Below, piece after piece: positions 50,831 to 64,000 of a DNA stretch of 64,000 nt. The stretch spans positions 1,408,001 to 1,472,000 of the forward strand of contig CAWGRW010000009.1 in assembly GCA_963825135.1 (NCBI GenBank). Direction: 5' to 3'. The DNA is from an uncultured bacterium. Lineage in GTDB: Bacteria; Desulfobacterota_D; UBA1144; Nemesobacterales; UBA2774. Position 1 is the first letter of the stretch, and the number at the start of each line of letters is the position of its first letter. The notes below the pieces were generated by a model, which saw nothing but the letters and a program-made list of their open reading frames with translations, did no database searches and was not told where the DNA came from. A program made the translations under genes and the position numbers.

Positions 50831-52432
50831 ATGACGAGATTTCGGACGGGCGCTTCGAGGGAAACGGAGATACATTCGGATTTTCTGATCATCGGAAGCG
50901 GCCTCGCGGGTCTGTATGCGGCCCTTTACGCCTCCGGGTTCGGCAGCGTAACGCTGCTCACGAAATCTACTGTCGAAGAAAGCAATTCCTACTGGGCGCA
51001 GGGCGGCATAGCCGCGGTCGTGGACCCCGAGGATTCGACCTGGTTCCACATAGAGGACACCCTGAGGGCGGGGAGGGGGCTAAACAACACCGAGGCTGTC
51101 GAAATCCTGGTTAACGAGGGCAAGGAGCGTGTAAAGGACCTCATCACGCTCGGGATGAAGTTCGATACGGGGGCAAAGGGGCTCGAGCTCGGGCTCGAGG
51201 GCGGGCATACGAAGAGGCGCGTGCTTCACGCGGGAGGCAGCTCTACCGGAAGGGAGATGGTCAGGTTTCTCATAACCGCTGTCGAGAACAATAAATCCAT
51301 ACGGAAGTTCGAAAGCACGGGCGTAATCGGGTTATTTTCGGACGGTGCGGCATGCTCCGGAGCCCTGGCCCTGGACGCGGAATTAAATCCGGCGGCGTTT
51401 GTCTCGAAGTCCACGATACTCGCCACCGGCGGGGCTTCCGCCCTTTACGAGAGGACCACGAACCCCGAGGGCTCTACCGGCGAGGGTATAGCGCTTGCCT
51501 ACAAAGCCGGCGCGGAAATCTCCGATATGGAGTTCGTCCAGTTTCACCCCACGGCTTTTTACAACGAAAACGGAGCGAGCTTTCTCATTACCGAGGCCGT
51601 GCGCGGGGAAGGCGCATACCTTCTCGACAGCGCAGGCAAGCGGTTCATGCATAACTACAGCGAGCTCGGAGAGCTCGCGCCCCGGGACGTGGTCTCCCGC
51701 GCGATCTACCTCGAGATGAAAAGGTCGGGCAGGGATTATGTCTATCTGGACATGAGGCACCTGGACGCGGGCTATATCAAAACCCGTTTTTCCAACATCT
51801 ATCAGGCATGTTCGAGCTGCGGAATAGATATGACGCAGAACATGATCCCGGTCGCTCCTGCGGCTCATTATACTATCGGGGGCGTAAGGACGGGTCTCTA
51901 CGGGGAGACGAACATAAAAGGGCTCTTCGCCTGCGGCGAGGTCGCGTGTACCGGCGTCCACGGGGCGAACAGGCTCGCGAGTAATTCGCTTCTCGAATGC
52001 ATGGTCTTCGCCAGGCGCGCCGTAGACGGGGCGAACGTATCGTCGTGGGACCGCTCCCGAGAGTCGGTTCTGGATATAGACGGTTCTGTCTTCGAGCCCG
52101 CTGCGTCCCATAAAAAATTGTTCGACGAATGCAAGGCTGCCGCCTCGCGAATAATGAACAGGCATGTCGGCATCGTCAGGAACGGCAAAGGCCTCGGGGA
52201 GGCCCTCTGCGAGTTGAATGATCTTTCGGGTTACGTGGATAAACTATCGGGTTACTACAGGCTGAAGCTGGAGATGATCCTCGAGGTATCCTCCATAATA
52301 GCAAGGTTTTCCCTCCTGAGAGAGGAATCGAGGGGCGTGCATATCAGAGAGGATTTCCCCGGCGAGGCCCCGGGATGGAAAAAACACATTACGCTTATGA
52401 AGGGGGAAGAACCCGCCGCCGTCCCTGTCTGA
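50831..52432 (+). CDS. nadB: L-aspartate oxidase
   Basis: SYWAQGGIA, EGGH, QFHPT, LAPRDVV and HGANRLASNSLLE motifs. Confidence 0.95.
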   Translation: MTRFRTGASRETEIHSDFLIIGSGLAGLYAALYASGFGSVTLLTKSTVEESNSYWAQGGIAAVVDPEDSTWFHIEDTLRAGRGLNNTEAVEILVNEGKERVKDLITLGMKFDTGAKGLELGLEGGHTKRRVLHAGGSSTGREMVRFLITAVENNKSIRKFESTGVIGLFSDGAACSGALALDAELNPAAFVSKSTILATGGASALYERTTNPEGSTGEGIALAYKAGAEISDMEFVQFHPTAFYNENGASFLITEAVRGEGAYLLDSAGKRFMHNYSELGELAPRDVVSRAIYLEMKRSGRDYVYLDMRHLDAGYIKTRFSNIYQACSSCGIDMTQNMIPVAPAAHYTIGGVRTGLYGETNIKGLFACGEVACTGVHGANRLASNSLLECMVFARRAVDGANVSSWDRSRESVLDIDGSVFEPAASHKKLFDECKAAASRIMNRHVGIVRNGKGLGEALCELNDLSGYVDKLSGYYRLKLEMILEVSSIIARFSLLREESRGVHIREDFPGEAPGWKKHITLMKGEEPAAVPV

Positions 52433-52483
52433 CGGGTATATTGTCAGGGGGGGGACTCACGAGCCGGGGGTATAATTTATTCA

Positions 52484-53329
52484 ATGAAAAGAATAGAGCT
52501 CGACTTTAACCGCATAGACCGTATTATCGAATACGCTCTCAGGGAGGACCTGGGGGAGGGCGACATTACTACCAACGCGCTTACCTCGGAGAAGGAGGAT
52601 AGCAAGGCGGTAATACGTGCGAAGGGAAAGGGGGTTATAGCGGGCCTCCCGATCGCCAAACGTGTTTTCCAGAAACTCGACCCGACTGTGGTGTGCGTTG
52701 ATAATACAAGCGACGGAGACAGCGTAGGACCGGGCGACATACTGTCCGAGATAAACGGGGGAACGAGGGCGCTCCTCTCGGGAGAACGGCTGGTCCTCAA
52801 TATTCTTCAAAGGCTCTCGGGCATTGCGACCCTCACGGCAAAATACGTAAAGGCAGTCGAAGGCCTGCCTGTAAAGATTCTGGATACCAGGAAGACCGCC
52901 CCCGGACTGCGGATGCTCGATAAGTACGCGGTTTCCGTAGGCGGCGGCTATAACCACCGTTTCGGGCTCTACGACGGGGTGCTCATAAAGGACAATCACA
53001 TTAAAATAGCCGGAGGAGTGAGCGAGGCTATTGCCATCGTCCGAAAAAAGTACAAGCAGAAATACAAGATCGAGGTGGAGACCTCCGATATTGAAGAGGT
53101 GAAGGAGGCACTTATAGCCGGGGCGGACATCATAATGCTCGACAACATGAATACCGAGCAGATGAGAAAAGCCGTCAGGCTCATAGACAGGAACGCCCTT
53201 GTAGAAGCCTCGGGCGGTATTACATTAAAGAATATACGCGAGGTCGCGGGAACGGGTGTGAATTTTATATCCGTCGGCTCTCTCACGCACTCGGCCCCGG
53301 CTTTAGATATAGGGCTATATGTGGTATAG
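52484..53329 (+). CDS. nadC: Nicotinate-nucleotide diphosphorylase (carboxylating)
   Basis: DTRKTAPG, HRFGLYD, KDNH, MLDN and EASGGI motifs. Confidence 0.96.
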   Translation: MKRIELDFNRIDRIIEYALREDLGEGDITTNALTSEKEDSKAVIRAKGKGVIAGLPIAKRVFQKLDPTVVCVDNTSDGDSVGPGDILSEINGGTRALLSGERLVLNILQRLSGIATLTAKYVKAVEGLPVKILDTRKTAPGLRMLDKYAVSVGGGYNHRFGLYDGVLIKDNHIKIAGGVSEAIAIVRKKYKQKYKIEVETSDIEEVKEALIAGADIIMLDNMNTEQMRKAVRLIDRNALVEASGGITLKNIREVAGTGVNFISVGSLTHSAPALDIGLYVV

Positions 53330-53365
53330 TAATTTTATTAATGATGTTAGTAAGTTGAGGAATGA

Positions 53366-54318
53366 ATGGAAGACTATTCCCTAATATACGACGAGATAAA
53401 AAGGCTGAAGAAAGAAAAGAACGCCGTGGTGCTGGCGCATAATTACCAGCTGCCGGAGGTGCAGGATATCGCCGATTTTACGGCCGATTCCCTTGCCCTT
53501 TCCCGGATGGCCGCACAAACGGAAGCCGATATAATAGTTTTTTGCGGCGTGCATTTCATGGCGGAAACCGCCTCGATAATCTCCCCCCGCAAGAAAGTCC
53601 TGCTGCCCGACTTGAAGGCCGGCTGCTCCCTGGCCGATACCATCAACGCGGACGAGCTCAGGGAATGGAAGAGGGAGCACCCGGACGCCGTCGTGGTCTC
53701 GTACGTAAATACGACTGCCGAGGTCAAGGCGGAGAGCGATTACTGCTGCACATCTTCGAACGCGGTCAAGGTCGTGAACGCGGTCCCCGCGGATAGGGAG
53801 ATTCTCTTTCTCCCCGATATGTTTCTCGGGGCCTACGCGGCCAAAGTCACGGGCAGGAAAATCCACGTGTGGCCCGGCGAGTGCCACGTGCACGCGGGAA
53901 TAAAGACGGAGGACTTGAAGGAAATGAAACATTCCCATCCGGGCGCCGAGCTCGTGGTCCATCCCGAATGCGGATGCACGACGAGCCTCATGTATCAGGG
54001 CTTAAACGGCTCCGCGGGTAACGGGAACGGTCACATCAATTTTTTATCGACCGGAGGCATGATTAAGTTCGCCAAGGATTCCCCCGCAAAGGAATTCATT
54101 ATCGCTACCGAAACGGGTATGCTCCACAGGCTGAGGAAAGACAACCCGGATAAGACCTTTTACCCCGCGAGGGAGAATGCGGTCTGCAAGTACATGAAGA
54201 TGATAACCCTCGAAAAGGTGCTCAGGTCTCTCGAAGAAGAGATATACGAGGTAAAAGTCCCCGAGCACATAGCGGCAAGGGCCAGGAAATCCATAGACAG
54301 GATGCTCGAAATCACGGC

Positions 54319-54322
<4 letters not shown>
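53366..54322 (+). CDS. nadA: Quinolinate synthase
   Basis: LAHNYQ, CGVHFMAET, GCSLA, YVN, CHVH and HPEC motifs. Confidence 0.96.
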
Positions 54323-56079
<1,757 letters not shown>

Positions 56080-56204
56080 GTTAGGTCTTAATTATAAAGG
56101 AAGACCTCTCCTGAACACAATACGGCACAGCTATTGAGCGTCCGATAGGTTTCGGCCGGGATTTCTAAAGCTGGATTGGGGAATTTATCGGGACAAAGCC
56201 GGGC

Positions 56205-57521
56205 TCAGGAATTCATCATATTGAAGAATTCTTTGTTGGACTTCGTTCCGCTCATCTTGTCGAGGAGAAATTCCATCGCTTCCACGGTGTTCATCGGGCT
56301 CAGCACCTTCCTGAGGAGCCACACCTTGTTGAGCACTTCCGGGGAAAGGAGGAGTTCTTCCTTCCTCGTACCGGAACGCTGCAGGTCGAGCGCCGGGAAA
56401 ACCCTCTTGTCGGCGAGCCTCCTGTCGAGGTACGCCTCCATGTTGCCTGTTCCCTTGAACTCTTCGAATATAACCTCGTCCATCCTGCTGCCGGTGTCGA
56501 TAAGCGCGGTCGCGATGATAGTGAGGCTGCCCCCTTCTTCCGTGTTCCTTGCCGCGCCGAAGAACCTCTTCGGTCTCTGGAGCGCGTTTGCCTCCATGCC
56601 TCCGGACAGGACCCTTCCGCTGGCGGGGGTTACGGTGTTGCTTGCGCGGGCAAGCCTGGTCAGGCTGTCGAGAAGGATGACCACGTCCTTTCCATGCTCG
56701 ACGAGCCTCTTTGCCTTCTCCAGCACCATGTCGGCGACCTGTATGTGCCTCTGCGGCGGCTCATCGAACGTCGAGCTTACCACTTCGCCGTTGACCGAAC
56801 GTTCCATATCCGTTACTTCCTCGGGGCGCTCGTCGATCAGAAGCACTATAAGAGCGACTTCCGGGTGGTTTCTCGTTATCGCATTGGCTATCCTCTGGAG
56901 CAGTATTGTTTTACCGGTCCTCGGCTGAGCCACTATCAATCCCCTCTGCCCCATGCCTATCGGAATAAACAGGTCGAGTATCCTCGTGCAGAAATCGTTC
57001 GGATCGTATTCGAGGAATAATTTCTTATCCGGGTGGAGAGGAACGCGGTTCTCGAACGCCACCCGTTCCCTGCATACCTCGGGTGATTCGAAGTTTACCT
57101 CTTCTATTTTCAGGAGAGCAAGGTTTTTCTCGCCTTCCCTGGGAAGCCGCACCTGTCCGCCGACCGTGTCTCCTGTTTTCAAATTAAAGGAACGGATCTG
57201 TGACTTTGAAACGTATATGTCATCCGGTCCGGGGAGGTAGCTGTATTTGGGAGACCTTAAGAATCCGTAGCCCTCGGATAATATTTCGAGCACGCCTTCC
57301 GCGTATATTACGCCTTCTTTCTCGCTCTGGGCCTTCAGGATAGCGTAGATGATGTCCTGCTTCGTCATCCGCGAGGTCTCTTCGATCTCCAGGTCCCTGG
57401 CCATCTTCATGAGCTCCGCGCTCTTCTGGTTTCTGATGTCGTTCAAGTGTAGGAAATGTGATACTTCCGATACAACTTCCTTGTCTTCGGGTTTTTCCCG
57501 TAATTTGGTTGCTCTAGCCAT
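56205..57521 (-). CDS. rho: Transcription termination factor Rho
   Basis: [30 protein letters not shown] and EFKGTGN motifs. Confidence 0.97.
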   Translation of the reverse strand: MARATKLREKPEDKEVVSEVSHFLHLNDIRNQKSAELMKMARDLEIEETSRMTKQDIIYAILKAQSEKEGVIYAEGVLEILSEGYGFLRSPKYSYLPGPDDIYVSKSQIRSFNLKTGDTVGGQVRLPREGEKNLALLKIEEVNFESPEVCRERVAFENRVPLHPDKKLFLEYDPNDFCTRILDLFIPIGMGQRGLIVAQPRTGKTILLQRIANAITRNHPEVALIVLLIDERPEEVTDMERSVNGEVVSSTFDEPPQRHIQVADMVLEKAKRLVEHGKDVVILLDSLTRLARASNTVTPASGRVLSGGMEANALQRPKRFFGAARNTEEGGSLTIIATALIDTGSRMDEVIFEEFKGTGNMEAYLDRRLADKRVFPALDLQRSGTRKEELLLSPEVLNKVWLLRKVLSPMNTVEAMEFLLDKMSGTKSNKEFFNMMNS

Positions 57522-57817
57522 GTGTTATAAGTCCTTGACTCATTATTTTTTGGAATTTACTGCTATTATCACTTTACGATTTTACGGAAATGAGTGTCAG
57601 TTCTCTTTGAGTTGTAAAAAAGTTTTAGACAACATTATTATGCATGTTAAACGTGTAATTTGTCAAGTGAGATTTTTCGGTAATAATAAAGCCCCTCGGC
57701 CGGATCGGGTCATTGGTCCGGGTTAAACAAAGCCTGCTCTTTGTGCTATAATGAAGTTTTGAGCACTCGCGGCCGGGGTCGGGGACTTGTCCGAAAATTG
57801 TTAGGATAGAGGGAGTT

Positions 57818-58774
57818 ATGAAACGAATATTTAACATATTTGTATGTCTGGCGCTTTCATTTGTCGGGGCGTACCTGCTTCGGTCCGGTGCGGGCTCCGG
57901 TGTTCTTGCGGCGGAGGGGAATATAATTGTCGCCCAATCGGACGAAGACGAAAGCGGATCCTCAACCGCTTTGCCGCCCAGGTACACGGAAGCGGAGCTC
58001 ACGTCGCTCGACGGCGAAGTATTCATCAATCCCCTGTATACCGGCAAGGTTACATCGGTCAGGACGATAGACAAGAACGGCCTCATCGGGCAGAAGGTCG
58101 GTATCGAGGTGAGGGTCATGACGGACGGCTGGCGGAAATTCAGCCTCCCTCAGTCGGCCGCGGGCGCTTACGGAGTGATCGTATCGGGGGATGAAGGAAT
58201 ATTAAAGATATCGAAGCCGGCCGACACGGCCGCACCCTCGGGCGGAGAATTAAAGTCCGTAAAGAAGCTCGTTATAGAATTCGGCTACCTGAGCACCGTA
58301 TTTTCATTCCCGGCCATGAACATCCTCGAGCCCAGCAAGGTCGAGCTCGGAGTCCTTAACAACGCCGATAACAAGTTCATCAACGGAACGATTATTGCCA
58401 TGAAGTCCGATCAGGCGGCCGTGGAATTCCAGGAACTCCCGTCGAGTGTCGTAAATAAAGAAGGGAAAGTAAGGGTGAGCCTGAAGGAGCCCGGCGGTAC
58501 TTTTGTCAACTCGGACATACCCGCATGGGGATATAACATTATCGTGTCCGAAACCGATATAGATGCCCCCGCCCCGATAAAGGCCGAGGTCTTCGGCCTG
58601 CCCGAGGACGCCGAAATAAGGTTCGATTTCAGCTCCCTTACCGGCCAGGTTATAAACCCCTCGACGAAGATAATGACGGTCGGGGAGATTAATAAGGGGA
58701 CGGCGGTTTCGACGATAACGACGAAAATCGGCGGCGCGCAGCCGCTCACGGTTACGGTGAAAAGGGTGAAGTAG
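57818..58774 (+). CDS. Hypothetical exported beta-rich protein
   Basis: 318-aa ORF with GGGAG SD and a signal-like N-terminus; no motif recognised. Confidence 0.7.
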   Translation: MKRIFNIFVCLALSFVGAYLLRSGAGSGVLAAEGNIIVAQSDEDESGSSTALPPRYTEAELTSLDGEVFINPLYTGKVTSVRTIDKNGLIGQKVGIEVRVMTDGWRKFSLPQSAAGAYGVIVSGDEGILKISKPADTAAPSGGELKSVKKLVIEFGYLSTVFSFPAMNILEPSKVELGVLNNADNKFINGTIIAMKSDQAAVEFQELPSSVVNKEGKVRVSLKEPGGTFVNSDIPAWGYNIIVSETDIDAPAPIKAEVFGLPEDAEIRFDFSSLTGQVINPSTKIMTVGEINKGTAVSTITTKIGGAQPLTVTVKRVK

Positions 58775-58866
58775 CGAGAAATTCCGCGCTCTTGCCAATC
58801 TTTATCTAATGTCTTAGAATTCTTTGTACAGTATATTTTAACGCTTGGGAGTGAGGTGATACAACC

Positions 58867-59616
58867 ATGTCCGGCCATTCGAAATGGGCGAATATTAAAC
58901 ACAGAAAGGCGGCGGTAGACGCGAAGAGGGGTAAGGTTTTCACTAAGCTTATCCGGGAGCTCACCGTTGCCGCAAAACACGGCGGCGGTGATGCGGAAGC
59001 CAATCCGCGCCTGAGGACGGCGATTGCAGCCGCGAAAAACCAAAACATGGCGAACGATACTATCGACCGCGCGATAAAACGGGGCACAGGGGAGATGGGC
59101 GGCGAGGAGTATCATGAATTGTCCTACGAGGGCTACGGGCCCGGCGGGAGCGCCGTTCTTGTAAAAACCCTTACCGACAACAAGAACAGGACCGTTTCCG
59201 ATATCAGGAGGATCTTCACGAAGTACGGCGGGAGCCTCGGGGAATCCGGATGCGTTTCATGGATGTTCCACATGAAGGGCAGGATCGCGTTTGAGAAGAG
59301 CAAGGCGGACGAGGACAAGGTCTTCGAGATAGCTCTCGACGCGGGGGCGGACGACGTAATTACTGAAGAGAGCGAGCTCGTGGTGATAACCCCGCCCGAT
59401 GCGTTCGAAGCCGTAAAATCGGCTATCCGGGCCGCGGGCCTCAGCTTCGAGACGGCCGAGGTTACGATGATCCCTCAGACCAGCATCAAGATCGAAGGCA
59501 GAGAGGCCGAGCACATGATCCGTCTCATGGAAGCTCTGGAGGACAGCGACGACGTTCAGGACGTTTATTCGAACTTCGACGTTTCCGAGGAGCTCATGAT
59601 GAGCCTGGCGTCCTGA
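58867..59616 (+). CDS. yebC: YebC/PmpR family protein
   Basis: [22 protein letters not shown] and TDNKNRT motifs. Confidence 0.95.
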   Translation: MSGHSKWANIKHRKAAVDAKRGKVFTKLIRELTVAAKHGGGDAEANPRLRTAIAAAKNQNMANDTIDRAIKRGTGEMGGEEYHELSYEGYGPGGSAVLVKTLTDNKNRTVSDIRRIFTKYGGSLGESGCVSWMFHMKGRIAFEKSKADEDKVFEIALDAGADDVITEESELVVITPPDAFEAVKSAIRAAGLSFETAEVTMIPQTSIKIEGREAEHMIRLMEALEDSDDVQDVYSNFDVSEELMMSLAS

Positions 59617-59618
59617 TA

Positions 59619-60170
59619 ATGAGGGTTCTCGGCATAGACCCCGGCTCCAGGGTGTGCGGTTACGGGGTACTCGATGCCCGGAACGGCGATATCAGGCATG
59701 TGGCGAGCGGGAGCATCTCCCCGGGGAACAGTCTGCCGCTCTATCAAAGGTTAAAAATAATATACGAGTCTCTGATTAACGTGATCGGCGAGCATTCGCC
59801 CGACGTGATGTCCGTCGAGGACATCTTCTTCGCGAAAAACGCGAAGAGCGCGATAAAGCTCGGGGAAGCAAGGGGGGTAGCGCTCCTCGCGGCTTCCAAT
59901 ACGGGGCTCCAGATCTACGAGTACTCCCCGACCAGAATAAAGCTCGCCCTGACCGGCAGGGGGAGAGCGAACAAGACCGAGATGCAGAAGATGCTTTCCA
60001 TCATGCTCGGGGTATCCGAATTCGAAACGGAAGACGCGTCGGACGCGGTGGCCATAGCGCTTTGCCATATCAATCTCTCACGCATAGAGGCCAAGCTGGG
60101 CAAGGAATTCACCGAGCCGCGGAAGAGAAGGAGGCGCTTCACTCTAAATGATCTCCCTTCTAAGGGGTAA
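59619..60170 (+). CDS. ruvC: Crossover junction endodeoxyribonuclease
   Basis: LGIDPG, EDIFF, LGEARG and DASDAVAIALCH motifs. Confidence 0.95.
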   Translation: MRVLGIDPGSRVCGYGVLDARNGDIRHVASGSISPGNSLPLYQRLKIIYESLINVIGEHSPDVMSVEDIFFAKNAKSAIKLGEARGVALLAASNTGLQIYEYSPTRIKLALTGRGRANKTEMQKMLSIMLGVSEFETEDASDAVAIALCHINLSRIEAKLGKEFTEPRKRRRRFTLNDLPSKG

Positions 60171-60735
60171 GGTTGCGCATAAGTCGCTGGGGAAGGTGGT
60201 GGTCGACGTAGGCGGAGTCGGATACGGAGTCACCGTGCCCCTGTCCACGTACTACAGACTCCCCGAGACAGGCGGCGAGACCGAGCTGAAAATTCATACC
60301 AGCATGAAGGACTCGTCGATCGAGCTTTTCGGTTTTCATACCGAGGACGAGCGCGCGGTGTTCATGCTCCTGATAGGCGTTGCCGGAGTGGGACCGAGGG
60401 TGGCGACCAATATACTTTCCAATGTGACACCGTCTGAATTTGCCTCGGCACTGTCGTCCGGGGACCTCGAGAAAAAGAAAATACCGGGTATAGGGCCCAA
60501 GCTCGCTTCGAGGCTGACTACGGAGCTCAGGGACAAGGTCTCCGAGCTCCGCGCATTGGAAGGATCGGTCCGGCAGCCTGGCGTATTCGAGGACGTCGTC
60601 TCCGCCCTCCTCAACCTCGGGTATAAAAGGGCCGAGATCGACGAGCATGTTTCCGAGCTCGAGAGGATATCCGCTCACGAGAGCGGGATCGAGAAGGCGC
60701 TCAGGGAATCGCTTAAAGTGATGAGGAAGTTATGA
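60148..60735 (+). CDS. ruvA: Holliday junction DNA-binding subunit
   Basis: DVGGVGY, LFGF, two HhH motifs (GVGPR, GIGPK) and ALLNLGY. Confidence 0.94.
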   Translation: MISLLRGKVAHKSLGKVVVDVGGVGYGVTVPLSTYYRLPETGGETELKIHTSMKDSSIELFGFHTEDERAVFMLLIGVAGVGPRVATNILSNVTPSEFASALSSGDLEKKKIPGIGPKLASRLTTELRDKVSELRALEGSVRQPGVFEDVVSALLNLGYKRAEIDEHVSELERISAHESGIEKALRESLKVMRKL

Positions 60736-60814
60736 GCTGCTTCCGCCCGCCGGCATTTCTAAGCTTTTTCTGTTCATATATAATTAGAATGACTCTTAAA
60801 GCAGGGAGCGTGAC

Positions 60815-61837
60815 ATGGCAGAGAGGCTTCTGAGCCCCAAAGACAGGGAGGAAGAGTCGCTCCTCGATACCAACCTCAGGCCCGACAGGCTTAAAGACTA
60901 TCTGGGTCAGGTCAAGGTCAAGGAAAAGGTGGAAATTTTCATCGAGGCCGCGAGGAAGCGCAGGGAAGCCCTCGACCACGTGCTCCTCTACGGCCCTCCC
61001 GGTCTCGGGAAGACCACGCTCGCCCACGTCGTATCGAACGAGCTCGGCGTGAAGATACACGCCACGTCCGGGCCCGTAATCGAGAGGGTGGGCGACCTCG
61101 CCTCCATACTGACGAATCTCGAGGACAGGGACGTCCTCTTCATCGACGAGATACACCGCCTCAACCGTATCGTCGAGGAGTATCTCTATTCGGCGATGGA
61201 GGACTACAAGATAGACATAATGATCGGCGAGGGGCCGACCGCGAAGTCGATGAAGGTGGGGGTGAGCAGGTTTACCCTCATCGGGGCGACCACGAGGACG
61301 GGGCTTCTGACCTCCCCGCTCAGGTCGAGGTTCGGCGTCGATCTGAGGCTCGATTACTACACCTCCGGGGAGATAGAGGAGATACTGAAGAGGTCGGCCG
61401 GGATCCTGGGGGTGGAAATAACGCCCGACGGGGTTGCCGAGCTCGCCTGCCGCGCGCGCGGCACGCCGCGTATAGCGAACAGGCTCCTGAAAAGGGTGAG
61501 GGATTTCGCCCAAGTCAGGGCGAACGGGGTCATAAACATGGGTGTCGCCGGTTCCGCCCTCGAAATGCTCGAAGTGGATTCACTCGGGCTCGATAACCTC
61601 GACAGGGCAATACTGGAGACGATAATCGGAAAGTTCAGGGGAGGGCCCGTGGGCATAGATTCGATAGCGGCGGCGGTGAGCGAGGACAAGGACACGATCG
61701 AGGACGTATACGAGCCCTTTTTGATCAGGCAGGGGCTTATTATGAAAACCCCGAGGGGGAGGACGGTCACCCCGCTCGGTTACGCTCACCTCAATATCAA
61801 GGCGCCCCGGGCGCAAAAAGGGCTGTTCGGCGATTAG
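60815..61837 (+). CDS. ruvB: Holliday junction branch migration ATPase
   Basis: [23 protein letters not shown] and [11 protein letters not shown] motifs. Confidence 0.97.
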   Translation: MAERLLSPKDREEESLLDTNLRPDRLKDYLGQVKVKEKVEIFIEAARKRREALDHVLLYGPPGLGKTTLAHVVSNELGVKIHATSGPVIERVGDLASILTNLEDRDVLFIDEIHRLNRIVEEYLYSAMEDYKIDIMIGEGPTAKSMKVGVSRFTLIGATTRTGLLTSPLRSRFGVDLRLDYYTSGEIEEILKRSAGILGVEITPDGVAELACRARGTPRIANRLLKRVRDFAQVRANGVINMGVAGSALEMLEVDSLGLDNLDRAILETIIGKFRGGPVGIDSIAAAVSEDKDTIEDVYEPFLIRQGLIMKTPRGRTVTPLGYAHLNIKAPRAQKGLFGD

Positions 61838-62286
61838 TTCGGCTTATTCAGCGGTATCTCCTTTATAAACTCGTCCCAGTGCTCCTCGGTAATGAGGTCG
61901 AGCTCCTTTCTGGGTTTTTCATACCCTCCGCCTTCCGGAAAGAGCTTGTTGTACACCTCGTCCCGGAGTTCGAGCCACCTGTCTATCGACTGGTAATTCT
62001 TGAACTTCACGACCGTCTTATAGGTCCAGAGCGGCTCGAGCGTGTGCACTCGCTGGGTAAAGAGCTTGTATTCATCGACTATGATCCCCTGCTTCTGCAT
62101 TTCGCTCCAGAAGGGATATAGCTTTTCCCTGTAGATCTCGAGGAACTTGTCCCTGTTCTCGGGTTTGACCACGTAAAAGCTCTCCTCGATGACGACTTTG
62201 TATCTGTCCTCGGCTGCCCCGGCGAAAGAAGCCGCGATCAGAAGCAGCGCCCAGGTAAAAGCGATGGACCTCGCCAACTTTTCCAT
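61834..62286 (-). CDS. Exported hypothetical protein (possibly NIPSNAP-like alpha/beta barrel)
   Basis: Signal peptide (AGA-A), GGAGG SD, and a Y.VKP...EHWD pattern. Confidence 0.65.
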   Translation of the reverse strand: MEKLARSIAFTWALLLIAASFAGAAEDRYKVVIEESFYVVKPENRDKFLEIYREKLYPFWSEMQKQGIIVDEYKLFTQRVHTLEPLWTYKTVVKFKNYQSIDRWLELRDEVYNKLFPEGGGYEKPRKELDLITEEHWDEFIKEIPLNKPN

Positions 62287-62537
62287 GATATTATAAGGCC
62301 TCCTTTTTTCTATTCCGGAATTCCCTGCCCTTCTTTTACAGGACTATTATACATTTTGGGCGGAAAATCAAACAAACCCGCATGAATCTGGATTTTATAG
62401 CGAATTTTATTTGATTTTAGTTTTTAAGTATGGAAAACTTAATATGGAATCTTAAATGCAGCTCGTTCGTATTTAACAATCAGAAACATTGATTTTCATT
62501 CAAACCCTAAATCCAACTTATCAGCAGGGCAACACAG

Positions 62538-63296
62538 ATGACAAACTGGATATATTTCATGTTAGAGGCGCAGGCGAATAACGGAGCCGGCCAGATAAAA
62601 ATCGTGAACCTCATAACCGATGCCGGTCCGGTCGTGAAGGTCGTACTGCTCCTCCTTTTCATCATGTCGGTGATCTCGTGGACGATAATTTTTTCGAAGG
62701 CCTTTGTCCTGAAAAGGGCGGCCAAGAGGTCCGAGAAGTTCCTCGAGCTCTACACCGCGAGCGGCAATTTCGGGAACCTCTACTCCTCCACCAAGCACAT
62801 CGGCGGTCCGATCGCCGAGGTGTTCAGGGCCGGGTACACGGAAATACTGAAACTGAGAAGGGCGAGCGGCGCGGCTCAGAGCGCCGAATCGAAGACTAAT
62901 GCGGAGATCATAGTCAACGAGCTGGGCGTGGTGGAGCTCGTCGAAAGGGCGCTCAAAAGGACCATGGCGTCGGAGACAGCCAAGCTCGAAGGGTCTCTGA
63001 TCTTTCTCGCCACCACAGGGAGCGCCGCGCCTTTTATAGGACTATTCGGCACCGTCTGGGGCATCATGACCTCGTTCATAGGACTCGCGGGGAGCCAGGG
63101 CGTGCCCACGCTCCAGGCCGTCGCCCCCGGTATCGCAGAGGCCCTCGTAGCGACTGCGATAGGGCTCGCGGCGGCTATACCGGCCGTTATCGCGTACAAC
63201 TATTTCGTCAGCAGGGTAAAGAGGATAGACATCGAAATGGAGAATTTCTCCTCCGAATTCCTCAACATCGTGGACAGATACATTAAGAAGGTATAA
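62538..63296 (+). CDS. tolQ: Tol-Pal motor protein TolQ (MotA/ExbB family)
   Basis: [14 protein letters not shown] and [22 protein letters not shown] motifs; follows ruvB. Confidence 0.9.
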   Translation: MTNWIYFMLEAQANNGAGQIKIVNLITDAGPVVKVVLLLLFIMSVISWTIIFSKAFVLKRAAKRSEKFLELYTASGNFGNLYSSTKHIGGPIAEVFRAGYTEILKLRRASGAAQSAESKTNAEIIVNELGVVELVERALKRTMASETAKLEGSLIFLATTGSAAPFIGLFGTVWGIMTSFIGLAGSQGVPTLQAVAPGIAEALVATAIGLAAAIPAVIAYNYFVSRVKRIDIEMENFSSEFLNIVDRYIKKV

Positions 63297-63301
63297 GAAA
63301 A

Positions 63302-63745
63302 ATGGGAATGCAGACAGGTAAAGAAGGACGAACCGTCATGTCCGAGATAAACGTCACTCCGTTCGTGGACGTGATGCTCGTTCTGCTGGTGATTTTCATG
63401 GTCACGACCCCGATCCTCTATCAGGGGGTGGATGTGAACCTCCCTAAAACGGAGTCTCGTCCCATGCCCGCTCTCGACCAGGAGAGGAAAGTGGTTGTCA
63501 CACTCAACAGGAACGGTGAAATATTTATCGAGAAGGAGCGGTACACGCTCGACGAGCTCCGGATCGAGGTCAGGAAGCTCATGGCCGATAAAGGCAAGGA
63601 CCTATCGAGCGAGGACGTATTCTTGAGGGCCGATTCTTCGGTTCCCTACGGCGCGGTAGTCGAAGTCATGTCCGAGATAAGAAATGCGGGGGTACAGAAG
63701 ATCGGGCTTATCACGGAGCCCGTTCCGAACGACGGCCAGAGGTGA
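63302..63745 (+). CDS. tolR: Tol-Pal motor protein TolR (ExbD family)
   Basis: SEINVTPFVDVMLVLLVIFMVT and LRAD..VPYG motifs. Confidence 0.9.
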   Translation: MGMQTGKEGRTVMSEINVTPFVDVMLVLLVIFMVTTPILYQGVDVNLPKTESRPMPALDQERKVVVTLNRNGEIFIEKERYTLDELRIEVRKLMADKGKDLSSEDVFLRADSSVPYGAVVEVMSEIRNAGVQKIGLITEPVPNDGQR

Positions 63746-64000
63746 GCGGGGAAATGAAACCGGAAGATAAAGATACATCCAAGGGCACATCTTTTTGGGG
63801 AATGTTTTTTTCGGTCGCTTTGCATGCGACGGTGCTGGCTCTCGTTTTATTCTGGGGACTCAGCGGCACATCAAACAACAGCAGCTCGAGCGGGCCGATA
63901 GAGGTGTCGCTCTCGGGCCTGGGGCCCGGGGGAGGGCACAACTCAAGCCCGGCGTCTCAACAGAATAAACCCCCCGAGGAGCCGAAGAAGGCAGAGCCTC
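63742..64000 (+). CDS. TolA/TonB-like protein, 5' part only
   Basis: GTG start overlapping the tolR stop; TM helix with SVALH (SxxxH) motif, followed by low-complexity PPEEPKK. Confidence 0.75.
   Translation, partial: MSGEMKPEDKDTSKGTSFWGMFFSVALHATVLALVLFWGLSGTSNNSSSSGPIEVSLSGLGPGGGHNSSPASQQNKPPEEPKKAEP

Noticed and set aside
56176..56928. Long antisense ORFs (for example opposite rho, thiC, nadB and ruvB)
   Set aside because: Shadow ORFs of well-conserved genes in GC-rich DNA, with no motifs of their own

Overview
Bacterial chromosomal window, mostly housekeeping and metabolic genes. The gene set and protein style suggest a deltaproteobacteria-like lineage, possibly Ca. Dadabacteria; this is an inference and was not verified. 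Main content: a pentose-phosphate super-cluster (ppgK-tkt-tal/pgi-HAD-rpiA-rpe-zwf-pgl), a folM-folB-folK-like cluster, a polyamine cluster (aguB-aguA-deoxyhypusine-synthase-like), ispH, tsaD, thiC, amtB, arfB, yqgF, trxA, glnD, nadBCA, ggt, rho, yebC-ruvCAB and tolQRA. I found no rRNA, tRNA, CRISPR array or mobile element. The most interesting signals are non-coding or regulatory. (1) An unannotated ~155-nt sigma-54 transcription unit at 1498-1802 (minus) has a consensus promoter, putative enhancer sites, a 20-codon ORF and an intrinsic terminator. (2) A Cys-rich MarR / alternative sigma-70 / beta-carbonic anhydrase module carries three copies of a 15-bp palindromic operator, two of which contain -10-like boxes. 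(3) A c-di-GMP-I (GEMM) riboswitch sits upstream of a secreted PQQ-type sugar dehydrogenase. (4) A plant-type galacturonokinase homolog is coupled to a nucleotidyltransferase. (5) A candidate structured RNA lies at 42587-42708. Six apparent +1 frameshifts in five genes look like assembly indel errors.
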